Shown: positions 37,387 through 46,283 of the stretch, piece after piece
Numbering within the stretch: the first letter of the stretch is position 1
Layout: each line of letters begins with the position of its first letter
Origin: Candidatus Iainarchaeum sp.
GTDB taxonomy: Archaea; Iainarchaeota; Iainarchaeia; Iainarchaeales; UBA10219
Reading direction: 5' to 3'
Length of the DNA stretch: 64,000 nt
NCBI GenBank assembly: GCA_018304425.1
Contig: JAGVWE010000002.1
Location: 416,001 to 480,000, forward strand
Program-made: the position numbers and the translations under genes
The notes under the pieces: generated by a model
What the model saw: only the letters and a program-made list of their open reading frames with translations
Told to the model about the DNA's origin: nothing
Database searches by the model: none

Positions 37387-37947
37387 TTACAGGCTTTCCG
37401 CTATCTCCGCCCTCGCCGCCGTCCTCGCCTTGTACTTTTCCAGCCAGGGTTGGCTCGCGGATTTCTTCACGCCCAAGGCGGCCAGCCTTTCCCCAAACGC
37501 TTCCAGGTCTTCCCCTTGCTTCAACGACGCGTTCAGGGCCTCTGCTATTTCTTCTTCGGTGGCCTTCTTGGAGAGGAAGCCCAGGCCACGCAACCCCCTC
37601 TCAGCACCCTTGAAAATCAGGGCCAAGCCCAGCAAGGGCAAGGCGATTTTGAGGCCCAGCGACAACCCGCTTTCCACGCTGGACACCATTCGCAAGGGGT
37701 CCTGTTCGTCGGTTATCCTGGAAAAGCCGCGCGACAGCAGGAAAATGAGGGAGTAAAACGCCGCCACCCTCAGATATCGGTTAAGCACCGGAATGACCAG
37801 TAACACCACCCATGCGCCGAAGTAGAGCACCATTCCCCGGCTTTGGCCGCTCCCGAAATACTTGGCGAACACCAGGTCCGCCCAAGCCGTCTGCCCGATT
37901 AACAGTGCCAGCAGCAACACGAGGCCCATCAACGACCACCGCTTCAT
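37387..37947 (-). CDS. Hypothetical membrane protein with a charged helical C-terminal domain
   Basis: ~4 hydrophobic segments; ATGA coupling to the upstream gene. Confidence 0.75.
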   Translation of the reverse strand: MKRWSLMGLVLLLALLIGQTAWADLVFAKYFGSGQSRGMVLYFGAWVVLLVIPVLNRYLRVAAFYSLIFLLSRGFSRITDEQDPLRMVSSVESGLSLGLKIALPLLGLALIFKGAERGLRGLGFLSKKATEEEIAEALNASLKQGEDLEAFGERLAALGVKKSASQPWLEKYKARTAARAEIAESL

Positions 37948-40142
37948 GTTTCCCGCTCCTGTTTAAGTTGGCCCAGTAAATCCCTCGCCTTTTCGACGTT
38001 GGATGGACTCGTTTCCACGTTTTCCAGCACACGGTGCAATACTTCCCTTGCCTCGGCATGCCTGCCCAGGGCCACGTAATCCTGGGCCAGCAACAACAAC
38101 AAGGGGGGCTTGGACTTTTCTTCGGTGACTCTTTCCAGTTGTTGTTCCATCAATTCAGCGGCTTCTCCCATGCGATTCTTGCCCACATACATTCCATGCA
38201 CTTGCCTGGCGAGTTCCACGCGCTCAGCTTCCTTGGGCGTGTTCGCCATGGCCAGCACCAGGTACCGCTCGTTTTCCTCATACCGGTACAACTGCCCGTA
38301 CAATCCAGCCAGGGTCTTCAGCACTTCCACGTAGTTCGGGGAATCCGGATAAGAGGCGACGTATTCCTCGAACACTTCGACGGCTTCCTCGATTCGTTGC
38401 TGGTCAATCAGGAGCTTTCCAAGATTATAGCTGTCGACATCGTCAAAACTGGCCAGCGCAGCAACCTCCGTGTTGCTCCGCATGGCAGCATAGATTTTGA
38501 CTGCGTCGAAGGCCATCAACTTTCCCTTATAGGCGAAACCGCATTCCCCGCAGGCAAAGGCGAGCAGGAAGGACTTTGAGGAATACTCGGTGAGGGGCGC
38601 GGCCAGCATCAAGCCCAGTACCAGCACGGGCAGCAGGAACACCCGGATGCTTACCTTGGCCCGGATGGTGTTGTTGAAGATGAACACGAACAAGCCGCCC
38701 AGGATGAGGATGAGCATCCGGATGTTGTGGGCCTGGCTGAAAAAGGACACGATTTTGGCGGACATGGTGAGGGGGAGGCTCGACGTCCCGTGGTAGGTTA
38801 CGGGAAGGCCTGCCATAAAGCCCGTCGTGAGGTTCAGGAACTGGATGACTGCGGCGAACAAAAAACCCGTTACCGCGAACAACAGCCATTCCCACGCTTT
38901 ACTCACTTCAAAGGCCTTGGTGATGAGGAAACCCATGGAAAAAAAGCTGACGGCTAGGAACAGCAGGTAAATGAGCCGCCGGTTGACCCCCCAAAAAGCC
39001 TTCCAAGGGTAATTAAGCCGGTACCGGGCCTGGGCCTGGTGCAGCAACTCCTCCGCATCCGGCACCACCCTGAGCTTTTTCCCGAAAAAAGAAAGTGATT
39101 CCGTGACACAGGGTTTTCCCGCTTTCACGATTGACTCCGTCATGTAGACCCGCTCAGCCGACTGGGTCAAGAGGTAGAGGTTCCGGTCCGTCCGGTAATC
39201 ATAGTTCACGCACCATAGGTCGTCGTCAAGTATAAGGGCGTCCACGGAACCGGTGAGGCCGGTGATGAACTTGAGATAGTGCTGCACCGATGAACCGCCA
39301 TAGGTGAAAACCCCGTTCTTCGTTTTATAGACTATTGAACCGGGGTTTGGCGCGATGAAAGCCAGTTGCACCATCAACGCCAGGGACAGCAACACGATTA
39401 ACAGCAGGTGCTTGGAGCGGAAATTGAATCTGGGGATCCGGTCATAAAACCGGAGTATCGTGGCCACCAGCAACAGCACAAGCAGGCTCAAGCCGATGTG
39501 AATCAGCAGCTTCACGGTTTCGTTCACGTAAATGATTCCCACATACGTGTAGGACACGAACAAATACGTGTGGTCAGCCAGCCGGAAGGTCCTCGGGGCC
39601 TTGTAGACATCCAGTATCTTCCGCGTTTTCGGCACGTACACCGTGATGGTTGAGAAGGGGATGAAGTTGCTGTTCATGCGTTCGATGACCGCCGGGGGGC
39701 TGGCCATGACGTTTCCCAGGAACGAAATGATCCCAAGCCGCGTGGAGATTACCAGGTTGTTTACGTCCTGCACGACGTCGTCCCCGAATGGCTCGAAGCC
39801 CTCCCATTTATGCGCCCGGGTCATCTGGAAGCGGCCCTTGATGTTTTTTAGGGTGACCCTCACCTCGGCAACGGGGTTCAAGGGACTCAACCCAAAGAGA
39901 TGGCCATCCTCCGGCAAGAACATTTCCGCCTTATACCAAAACGAGACGTTTTGGTCGTGGTATTCGCGGAACCCGTTTTCATCCATGTAGTGGAGGCGTA
40001 CGCCCGAGTAATCCACGTTCTGGTCGTATAACTCGGGGTTTATTTTGAAGGCAGCCGCGTTCACCGCGAGGAAAACCAGGGCGGCCAACTGGAGGAACGA
40101 CAGCAGAACCAGTCTTCGTTTATTCAATCCATCCCCCGGCAA
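37944..40142 (-). CDS. Large polytopic membrane protein with extracytoplasmic domains and C-terminal TPR repeats
   Basis: Signal-like N-terminus, many TM helices, YNLG..EEAVEVFEEYVASYPDSP and LLAQDYVALGRHAEA TPR-like motifs. Confidence 0.8.
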   Translation of the reverse strand: MPGDGLNKRRLVLLSFLQLAALVFLAVNAAAFKINPELYDQNVDYSGVRLHYMDENGFREYHDQNVSFWYKAEMFLPEDGHLFGLSPLNPVAEVRVTLKNIKGRFQMTRAHKWEGFEPFGDDVVQDVNNLVISTRLGIISFLGNVMASPPAVIERMNSNFIPFSTITVYVPKTRKILDVYKAPRTFRLADHTYLFVSYTYVGIIYVNETVKLLIHIGLSLLVLLLVATILRFYDRIPRFNFRSKHLLLIVLLSLALMVQLAFIAPNPGSIVYKTKNGVFTYGGSSVQHYLKFITGLTGSVDALILDDDLWCVNYDYRTDRNLYLLTQSAERVYMTESIVKAGKPCVTESLSFFGKKLRVVPDAEELLHQAQARYRLNYPWKAFWGVNRRLIYLLFLAVSFFSMGFLITKAFEVSKAWEWLLFAVTGFLFAAVIQFLNLTTGFMAGLPVTYHGTSSLPLTMSAKIVSFFSQAHNIRMLILILGGLFVFIFNNTIRAKVSIRVFLLPVLVLGLMLAAPLTEYSSKSFLLAFACGECGFAYKGKLMAFDAVKIYAAMRSNTEVAALASFDDVDSYNLGKLLIDQQRIEEAVEVFEEYVASYPDSPNYVEVLKTLAGLYGQLYRYEENERYLVLAMANTPKEAERVELARQVHGMYVGKNRMGEAAELMEQQLERVTEEKSKPPLLLLLAQDYVALGRHAEAREVLHRVLENVETSPSNVEKARDLLGQLKQERET

Positions 40143-40173
40143 CTAACTCTGTAGCCGAACCCCTATTTATTGT

Positions 40174-41076
40174 TTATTGCCTCCCTGCCTGGTCCCAGCG
40201 CTTTCCTTCATTGGCTTTTACTGCATTCAGGGGCTTTGCTTCGAGCCAGGCCCTGTTTTTCCGGTAGTTCTGGTCCCGGCCCTCCAGGGCATGCAGGGAA
40301 TCATGGTTTTGGTGGAGGATGGAAGTCAAGGGGAACAGGTTCAGGCACCGGAACCCGGCGTTCACGGCCCGCATGCGGATGTCCGTGTCCTGGGCGCCCC
40401 AGCCCTCGAAGGCCTCGTCAAAGCCGTTGAGCACTTCCATCAACGCTCGTTTGTCGAGGGCCTGGACGTCCCCCGCCCTTGGATTGGGGTTCACGCCCGG
40501 CAGCCTGCACGCGCCTTCGAAGCCGTTCACGAGGTCCGTTCCTTCCACGCGTTCCTCCGGGAAATCGAGCCGCCGGATTTCGACGAACAGCTTTTGCTGT
40601 CCACGCAAGGCCAAGAGCACGGCTTCCAAAGCGTTCGCCTGGAACACGTCGTCAAAATTCGTGAACAAAATCTTTTCTCCCCTGGCCAGGCCCGCCCCGA
40701 CATTCTTGGCCTTTGGTAGGTTGAACGCGCCCGGCGCTTCAACGAATGAATAGCGGATGCCCTTGTCAACGCCCCGCACCAGGGCCGCAATCTTCTCCGG
40801 TTCCGCGCTTCCATAGTCCATGACAAGGACCTCATAACAATTCCTTGGCAGGGTTTGCCGCATCAACGACCTCAAGCAGTTCCGTTCCCTTATCCCACAC
40901 CGGTTCCTCACCACGGTGACCACGGACAATTGGATTTCCTTGCAATCCGTTCCATGGAGGCCCCTCCATAGCCCGAGTCCCACCCGCCAGAAATCCAGGG
41001 GGCTCCCAACCTCCCGTGCAGCCTTCTGCCGGAGCCGCCAAACCAGTTGCCGCCAATGGTTCAGCATTTTCCCCAC
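40174..41076 (-). CDS. GT2 glycosyltransferase with galactosyltransferase C-terminal motif
   Basis: VRNR, DYGS, KNVGA, GFDEAFEGWGAQDTD, HQNH. Confidence 0.88.
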   Translation of the reverse strand: MGKMLNHWRQLVWRLRQKAAREVGSPLDFWRVGLGLWRGLHGTDCKEIQLSVVTVVRNRCGIRERNCLRSLMRQTLPRNCYEVLVMDYGSAEPEKIAALVRGVDKGIRYSFVEAPGAFNLPKAKNVGAGLARGEKILFTNFDDVFQANALEAVLLALRGQQKLFVEIRRLDFPEERVEGTDLVNGFEGACRLPGVNPNPRAGDVQALDKRALMEVLNGFDEAFEGWGAQDTDIRMRAVNAGFRCLNLFPLTSILHQNHDSLHALEGRDQNYRKNRAWLEAKPLNAVKANEGKRWDQAGRQ

Positions 41077-41915
41077 GTCCTTCCCTGGTTCCGCAGGGGG
41101 GAAGCGGTTTTCTTTTCTTCGAACACGCGCCGGTTTCCCTCCCTGTCCTGGCTGGTCGTTTCATGGCCTTGGTGGGCAATCAACGTAAAGCAATTGACCA
41201 TGGATAGGCTCCAACCCGCCTGCTCCACGCACCTCCGTTCCAGGTCATGGTCCAAGTAACCCCAGCCCCGGAAGTCCTCGTCATAGCCTCCGAGCGCCAG
41301 CATGAACTCCTTTCGGAAGGCCTGGCAATCGCCTCTAGCCCAGGAACTCATCCAGGCCTTTTCCTTCCGCACCAGGCCCACGAATTCTTCGGGCAGCCGT
41401 TCCCCCAGCCTTTCCACGTCCTCCAGTTCCAGGTTAAAGCGGTTGCATTCCACCAACACCCTTCGGGCGGGTTTTCCCGCAAGGTACACCACGTCCAAAA
41501 AGTTTTTCCCAAAGAGGACATCTGCATTGGTGCAGCACACGATTTCGGCTTTTGCCTGCCGGATGCCAATGTTCTTGGCCCTCGCCTCATGGAAGGCGCC
41601 TTTCTCCGGGCAATGCAAGTACTTTATGTCGGGGTCCAGGCCTTGCAGCCATTCCTGCAACCGGTCTTCGCCCCCAAAGTCGACCACGAGGATCTCATAC
41701 CTTTCCCGTGGCATGGACTGGTTCAACAGGGTTTTGAGCGTGTTCTGCAACCGGAAGCCCTTCCGGTTCCTGACTCCCATCACCACGCTCACCGCCAAGG
41801 GTTTGTGCCCATAGTCCAGTCCAAACCATTTGGCGGCCAGGCATTCCAAGCCCACCCCCAGCAACTCCGCCGGATGCCCGTACCAGCGCCGGAGCCGGTG
41901 CAAGAAGGCCCACAT
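41061..41915 (-). CDS. GT2 glycosyltransferase with galactosyltransferase C-terminal motif (paralog of 40174)
   Basis: VRNR, DFGG, KNIGI, TNAD, GYDEDFRGWGYLD, HQGH. Confidence 0.88.
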   Translation of the reverse strand: MWAFLHRLRRWYGHPAELLGVGLECLAAKWFGLDYGHKPLAVSVVMGVRNRKGFRLQNTLKTLLNQSMPRERYEILVVDFGGEDRLQEWLQGLDPDIKYLHCPEKGAFHEARAKNIGIRQAKAEIVCCTNADVLFGKNFLDVVYLAGKPARRVLVECNRFNLELEDVERLGERLPEEFVGLVRKEKAWMSSWARGDCQAFRKEFMLALGGYDEDFRGWGYLDHDLERRCVEQAGWSLSMVNCFTLIAHQGHETTSQDREGNRRVFEEKKTASPLRNQGRTWGKC

Positions 41916-41922
41916 GCTTTCA

Positions 41923-42915
41923 CTATCCCTTTCCAGCCCATTCCAAGGCAACAGCGGCCAAGGCAAACACGGTTTCAAAGGCAAAAACCTGGTTCACGAC
42001 CTGCTTCTCCGTCTGGGGGCCCCGGGCCAGCACCCACTGCATCAAGCCATACGCCTTTGAATACCTTGCCCGCAGCCTTCCGTTCTTCAAGGGCACGCCC
42101 CACATGTTGGGTTTCCAGGCATAACCGTTCCGCGAATACAAGAGGAAGTGAAGGAAGTAAGGCACCATGACTATCACGAGGGCCGCCTCCATTTTCCCGA
42201 TGATGGCCGTGATGGCCAGGGCCGCACCAATAAAGAGCGTGCCCATGTTGCCCAAAAAGATCTTGGCCGGGAACCGGTTGAAGGGATAGAACGCCAGCAG
42301 CACGGCAATGAGCGGCAAGGCAAAGGCCAGTCCCAGCATCGAGCCCCGCAGCCAGGCCACGGCACCCAGCGCCAGCGCGGCAATCAAGCCGAGGCCGGTT
42401 TCCAGGCCGTTGTATGTGGAAAGGATGTTGACCGCGTTCGAGCAAAAAATGATGGCGCAGGGGACAAAGAACAGGTAATACGCCATGCCCAGGTCCAGGT
42501 TGCCGAAAAAGGGCAGGTAGATTAGGGCAGTCAATTCTGTTAAAGCCATCATGGGGATGCTGGCATACAATACCAGCAAGGGCTTCATGAACCGCCGCGG
42601 GATTTCCAGCAAGTCATCCACCAACCCCAATAGCGCGCACAAGGCCGTGGAAAGCAGGGCCGGCAAGAGCAAGCCCAGGTTGAGGCCATTCAAGCCCATG
42701 AAGCGGTCCACGAGGATGGCGGAAATCAACGCGAACAGGAAGCCGGTCACCAACGCGATGCCACCAAAGGACGGCACCAACGGCTTGTTGGGCTTGTTCA
42801 TGTCCGCGCGCAACAAGTGCTTGTGCTTGCGCAAGGCACGGATGAGCGCTGGCAGGAACGCGTAGGTGGGCAGGAACGCCAGCAAAAACATCCCCGCCAA
42901 CGCAAGCAACAGCAT
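41923..42915 (-). CDS. Polytopic polyprenyl-phosphate HexNAc-1-phosphate transferase (MraY/WecA/GPT/AglH family)
   Basis: DMNK..VPSFGG, GLVDD, NAVNI..YNGLE, FNRFPAKIFLGN. Confidence 0.92.
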   Translation of the reverse strand: MLLLALAGMFLLAFLPTYAFLPALIRALRKHKHLLRADMNKPNKPLVPSFGGIALVTGFLFALISAILVDRFMGLNGLNLGLLLPALLSTALCALLGLVDDLLEIPRRFMKPLLVLYASIPMMALTELTALIYLPFFGNLDLGMAYYLFFVPCAIIFCSNAVNILSTYNGLETGLGLIAALALGAVAWLRGSMLGLAFALPLIAVLLAFYPFNRFPAKIFLGNMGTLFIGAALAITAIIGKMEAALVIVMVPYFLHFLLYSRNGYAWKPNMWGVPLKNGRLRARYSKAYGLMQWVLARGPQTEKQVVNQVFAFETVFALAAVALEWAGKG

Positions 42916-42940
42916 GGCTTAATTGAATCCAAAAGCCTGT

Positions 42941-43789
42941 TTAAGGTTTACTGCTGGTCACGGGCTCCCATTTAAGCGTGCCTGTTCGGTGCCTGAAGAA
43001 CGCCAGTCCCCAGGCAAGGACGTCCAAAACCAGGTAAGGCAAGGCATAAGGGCTCTTGAACAACCAGCCCAGGTTGGCGGGCTGCCGCACATAGGCCAGG
43101 TCCATGCCCTGCTCGTGGACCTGCAACTGCCCCACCCGCACCCGCACCTTTTGCCGCAGGTAGTCGGAAAGGCTTTGAGCGGCCTTGACGTATACCATGG
43201 CGTCACTACGGAAAACAACCCGGTAACCCCGTTCCCTGATTTTCCAGCCCAGCATCCAGTCCTCCACCAAACAATCCAGGGGAAGCCGGTCCACGATGCC
43301 GTTCCGCACCGCGCTCAAATACCCGTTCAAGGCAAACAGGGTTCCATCCCTTGACTGACGTTCCCGCAACTCATTGAATGACTGCCAGGCAAAGCCCTGC
43401 AGCCCATCCCAAAAACTTTTCCGGCAAAGGGACTCGGTTCTTCCAATCACGGCTCCAATATCCCGTTCCTTGAATGGCTCCAACAGTTTTTCCAGGGCAT
43501 TCCTTTCAAGCACGACATCCGCGTCCGTCAAGACAATGAACGAGCCGTTCGCCGTGGCAAGGATTTTGTTCAAGGCCGCGGCCTTTCCATTCCGCTGCGC
43601 CTCCACTTCAAGCCTGACCCGGGCATCCCGCGCCGCGAAACTCCGCGCCACTTCAACCGTGTTGTCCGTGCAACCGCTCGCCACTAGTACAAGTTCATCG
43701 TCCGGTGCCAGCTGGGGCAATACGCTGGCCAGGTTCTTCGCCAGGCTTTTCCCCTCATTGAAGGCGCAGATCCCCACGGTTACACGCAT
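42941..43789 (-). CDS. GT2 family glycosyltransferase
   Basis: AFNE, SGCTDNT, GKAAALN, TDAD, ED, Q..RVR. Confidence 0.92.
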   Translation of the reverse strand: MRVTVGICAFNEGKSLAKNLASVLPQLAPDDELVLVASGCTDNTVEVARSFAARDARVRLEVEAQRNGKAAALNKILATANGSFIVLTDADVVLERNALEKLLEPFKERDIGAVIGRTESLCRKSFWDGLQGFAWQSFNELRERQSRDGTLFALNGYLSAVRNGIVDRLPLDCLVEDWMLGWKIRERGYRVVFRSDAMVYVKAAQSLSDYLRQKVRVRVGQLQVHEQGMDLAYVRQPANLGWLFKSPYALPYLVLDVLAWGLAFFRHRTGTLKWEPVTSSKP

Positions 43790-45031
43790 TCAGCCGCCCT
43801 TCTGCTCGATGAGGTCGAGTTTCGCCCGAACCTCGTTCAACTCGGTGTTAAGTTCCGCGTTCCGCAGGTCATAGGTCTGCTTGGAAACGACGTTCTTCGC
43901 GTAAAAGTCTTCCTGCAGTTTTTTCTTCAACAACAACAATTGCTGCTTTTTGCCGCGCAGGCCGGTTCTCCCCAGGAAAAACCGTATCTCCTTCACCGTA
44001 AGCAGGAGGATGTAGAAGATGAACAAGAGGGGGAAAAAATAGAAGACCGCGTTTTCCTTCACTACGTGCATCCAGTACCCTGAGGGCTTGAGGTTCAACC
44101 GCTTTTGCCCACTGTTTCCAGCCGCGTCCTTGGCCTCCACCCGTATCTCTACCAGTTCTTCCTCCGAAACCTCGGGAACGAACCGCGCCGAATAAATGCC
44201 CAGCCCCTCTCCCTTGAGGGAAAGCAACTGGTAATTGGCCGTGACGACGACCGAGGCATTGGTCACCGTGCCGCCATCCGGGTACGACAACTTGAGCTTG
44301 AGGCTGATGGCCTTGCCCACCTCGAATTCCTCCACTCTTGGCTCCAGCACGTCGACGAGGAGCGGCGTTTCCACTACTTCGAGGTCCACGGAGTTCTCGC
44401 CCCCGATTTCCTCGGGCATCGACTCGCGGATGGCCGTGACCTTCAGGTTCCAGCGCCCTGCCCTGGCCGCCGGCGGGATCTTGTAGGTCGTGGAATAGGT
44501 GCCATCTCCATTGTTGTTGAGCCGGATCTTCGCGCCCGCTGCATCCCAGGCATGCACGATTCCGTCAGTAACGGCCTTGCCGGCATCCGTGACCCGCACC
44601 GCCATGCCAACCGAGGAAGTCCTGGCATAGGCTCCCTGGCTCGGGCTCAAAAACGTCAGCACCAGGAACTCGGACTCACGCGTCGGGTTCACGATGACTT
44701 CCCTTCGCTCACTCGAGTTCAAATCGCTTACTTGCACGTCCCAGCTGCCCTTGGGGTCCAGCATGCTCACCTGTCGCGTGAACCGGAAGGCATTCGAGTC
44801 CGGGTCCAGGGGGATTTTCCGTTCAAACACCTGTTTTTCCCCGGACGCCGCGGAAACCGTCACCAGGCCGGAAGCGGTTCCCGTAACCAGCATCTCCTCG
44901 CCCTTGTAGAAGCTGTTCTTGTTCAGGGAAAAGGTGAGGGCCTGCACGCTCCCAGCCAGTAACAATAGACATGCCCAGGCAAGCAAGACCTTAGATTCCC
45001 TTCGAAAGCCGTTCACACCGTTCCCCGCCAT
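43790..45031 (-). CDS. Surface protein: signal peptide, ~3 Ig-like domains, C-terminal TM and cytoplasmic helical tail
   Basis: LNKNSFYKGE, NNGDGTYS, AKDAAGNSG Ig-like patterns; TM then KKKLQEDFY..Y. Confidence 0.8.
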   Translation of the reverse strand: MAGNGVNGFRRESKVLLAWACLLLLAGSVQALTFSLNKNSFYKGEEMLVTGTASGLVTVSAASGEKQVFERKIPLDPDSNAFRFTRQVSMLDPKGSWDVQVSDLNSSERREVIVNPTRESEFLVLTFLSPSQGAYARTSSVGMAVRVTDAGKAVTDGIVHAWDAAGAKIRLNNNGDGTYSTTYKIPPAARAGRWNLKVTAIRESMPEEIGGENSVDLEVVETPLLVDVLEPRVEEFEVGKAISLKLKLSYPDGGTVTNASVVVTANYQLLSLKGEGLGIYSARFVPEVSEEELVEIRVEAKDAAGNSGQKRLNLKPSGYWMHVVKENAVFYFFPLLFIFYILLLTVKEIRFFLGRTGLRGKKQQLLLLKKKLQEDFYAKNVVSKQTYDLRNAELNTELNEVRAKLDLIEQKGG

Positions 45032-45097
45032 CCGCTCACTAATAGGACAATTCTACAATAAAAGCTTTGTGAGGGCCTTAAAGCCGATTAGCGGCCG

Positions 45098-45469
45098 CTA
45101 TTCCCGAGTAATGATTTCGAACACGATTTTGACGGCGATCGTCACCGCGGCCGGTGCAATCAGCAGGCCGAGGTTGATGAGCGTAACCCTCATGGCGAAG
45201 AAGGGGATTACGTCGATGCCGCCGGGAAAGGCCGTCAAGGCGGCCGTGGTCGAAAGCAATAGGGTCATGATGGCAACCAGGAAGTTGACGCGTTGCTCTT
45301 TCTTGATGGTGAACTGCCCCACCAGCAGGCCGAGCACGACCATGCCCAGCGAAAGCCCGATGCGCACGTCCAAGTGCACGAAGGGGTTGATGAAACCGCT
45401 GGCCAAGGCCAACAGGATGCCAAACAAGAACGCGAGCCGGCTGAGGTTCAACAAGTCATCCCGGTTCAT
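45098..45469 (-). CDS. Small 3-4 TM membrane protein
   Basis: AFLFGILLAL, LGLLVG..I..EQ..FLVA, APAA; start 25 nt after TTTAAA. Confidence 0.75.
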   Translation of the reverse strand: MNRDDLLNLSRLAFLFGILLALASGFINPFVHLDVRIGLSLGMVVLGLLVGQFTIKKEQRVNFLVAIMTLLLSTTAALTAFPGGIDVIPFFAMRVTLINLGLLIAPAAVTIAVKIVFEIITRE

Positions 45470-45530
45470 GGCAGTAATTGGGTGAAAACTATTATTTAAA
45501 CCTATTCTCCCCTTTTGCATGGGTTCTTCC

Positions 45531-46241
45531 ATGGTTTCCCAGGAAATAACGCAGGCCGTCATCCTGGCCGCGGGCCTCGGCACCCGCATGCTTCCCCTCA
45601 CCAAGGTCATGCCCAAGGCCTTGCTTCCCCTTGGAATGAAACCCGCCATCCACTGGCTGGTCGAGGAATGCCTTTCTTCTGGTATCAAGGACCTCGTCAT
45701 CGTGGTTTCCGCGCATTCCCCCGTCAAAGACTATTTCCTGAAAGACCAGTGGCTGTACGACCACTTGCGGGACAAGAAGAGCCGGGCGGAACTGCGGGCG
45801 CTCAGGCAACTCGACCACTTCAAGGGCATCCGCTTCGCCGTCCAGGAGCCCCTGCTTGGCGAGGCACATGCCTTGTCCAAGGCCCTGCCCCTCCTCCGCA
45901 GAGGGCCCTTCGCGGTGTTGTTCTGCGACAACCTCTTCAAGGCCAGGGTGCCAGCCACCCTCCAAGTCACCCGCCTCTTTCAACGGCACCGCATGCACGT
46001 CAAGTCCAATGGCCGCTACGCCTTCGACTATTCCATTGCCGGCTTGCTCAAGGCCCTGCCCTTCCAGGAATTTTACCAGTCCTCCAAGCGAGGCATGGAC
46101 CTGGCCTGGGTCTTTGACCAGCTCCAGGAAGGCAGCCAATTCATTGAAAAATTCGTTGCCGGCAAGCGATACAACATCGGCAACCCCAAGCAATACGCCA
46201 GGGCTTTCAGCGTCTTTTCCAGGGAAAGCCCCGGGCCATAA
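45531..46241 (+). CDS. GalU-like sugar-phosphate nucleotidyltransferase with an internal deletion
   Basis: AAGLGTRMLPLTK..PK, Q..LGEAHA, GRY, RYNIGN; no VEKP segment. Confidence 0.8.
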   Translation: MVSQEITQAVILAAGLGTRMLPLTKVMPKALLPLGMKPAIHWLVEECLSSGIKDLVIVVSAHSPVKDYFLKDQWLYDHLRDKKSRAELRALRQLDHFKGIRFAVQEPLLGEAHALSKALPLLRRGPFAVLFCDNLFKARVPATLQVTRLFQRHRMHVKSNGRYAFDYSIAGLLKALPFQEFYQSSKRGMDLAWVFDQLQEGSQFIEKFVAGKRYNIGNPKQYARAFSVFSRESPGP

Positions 46242-46283
46242 CCGCTTTATTTATATACAACCATTAATCTATTGGTGGTTGGC

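Noticed and set aside
36409-37803. 464-aa + strand ORF crossing the hairpin element
   Set aside because: Overlaps three better-supported genes; composition not protein-like
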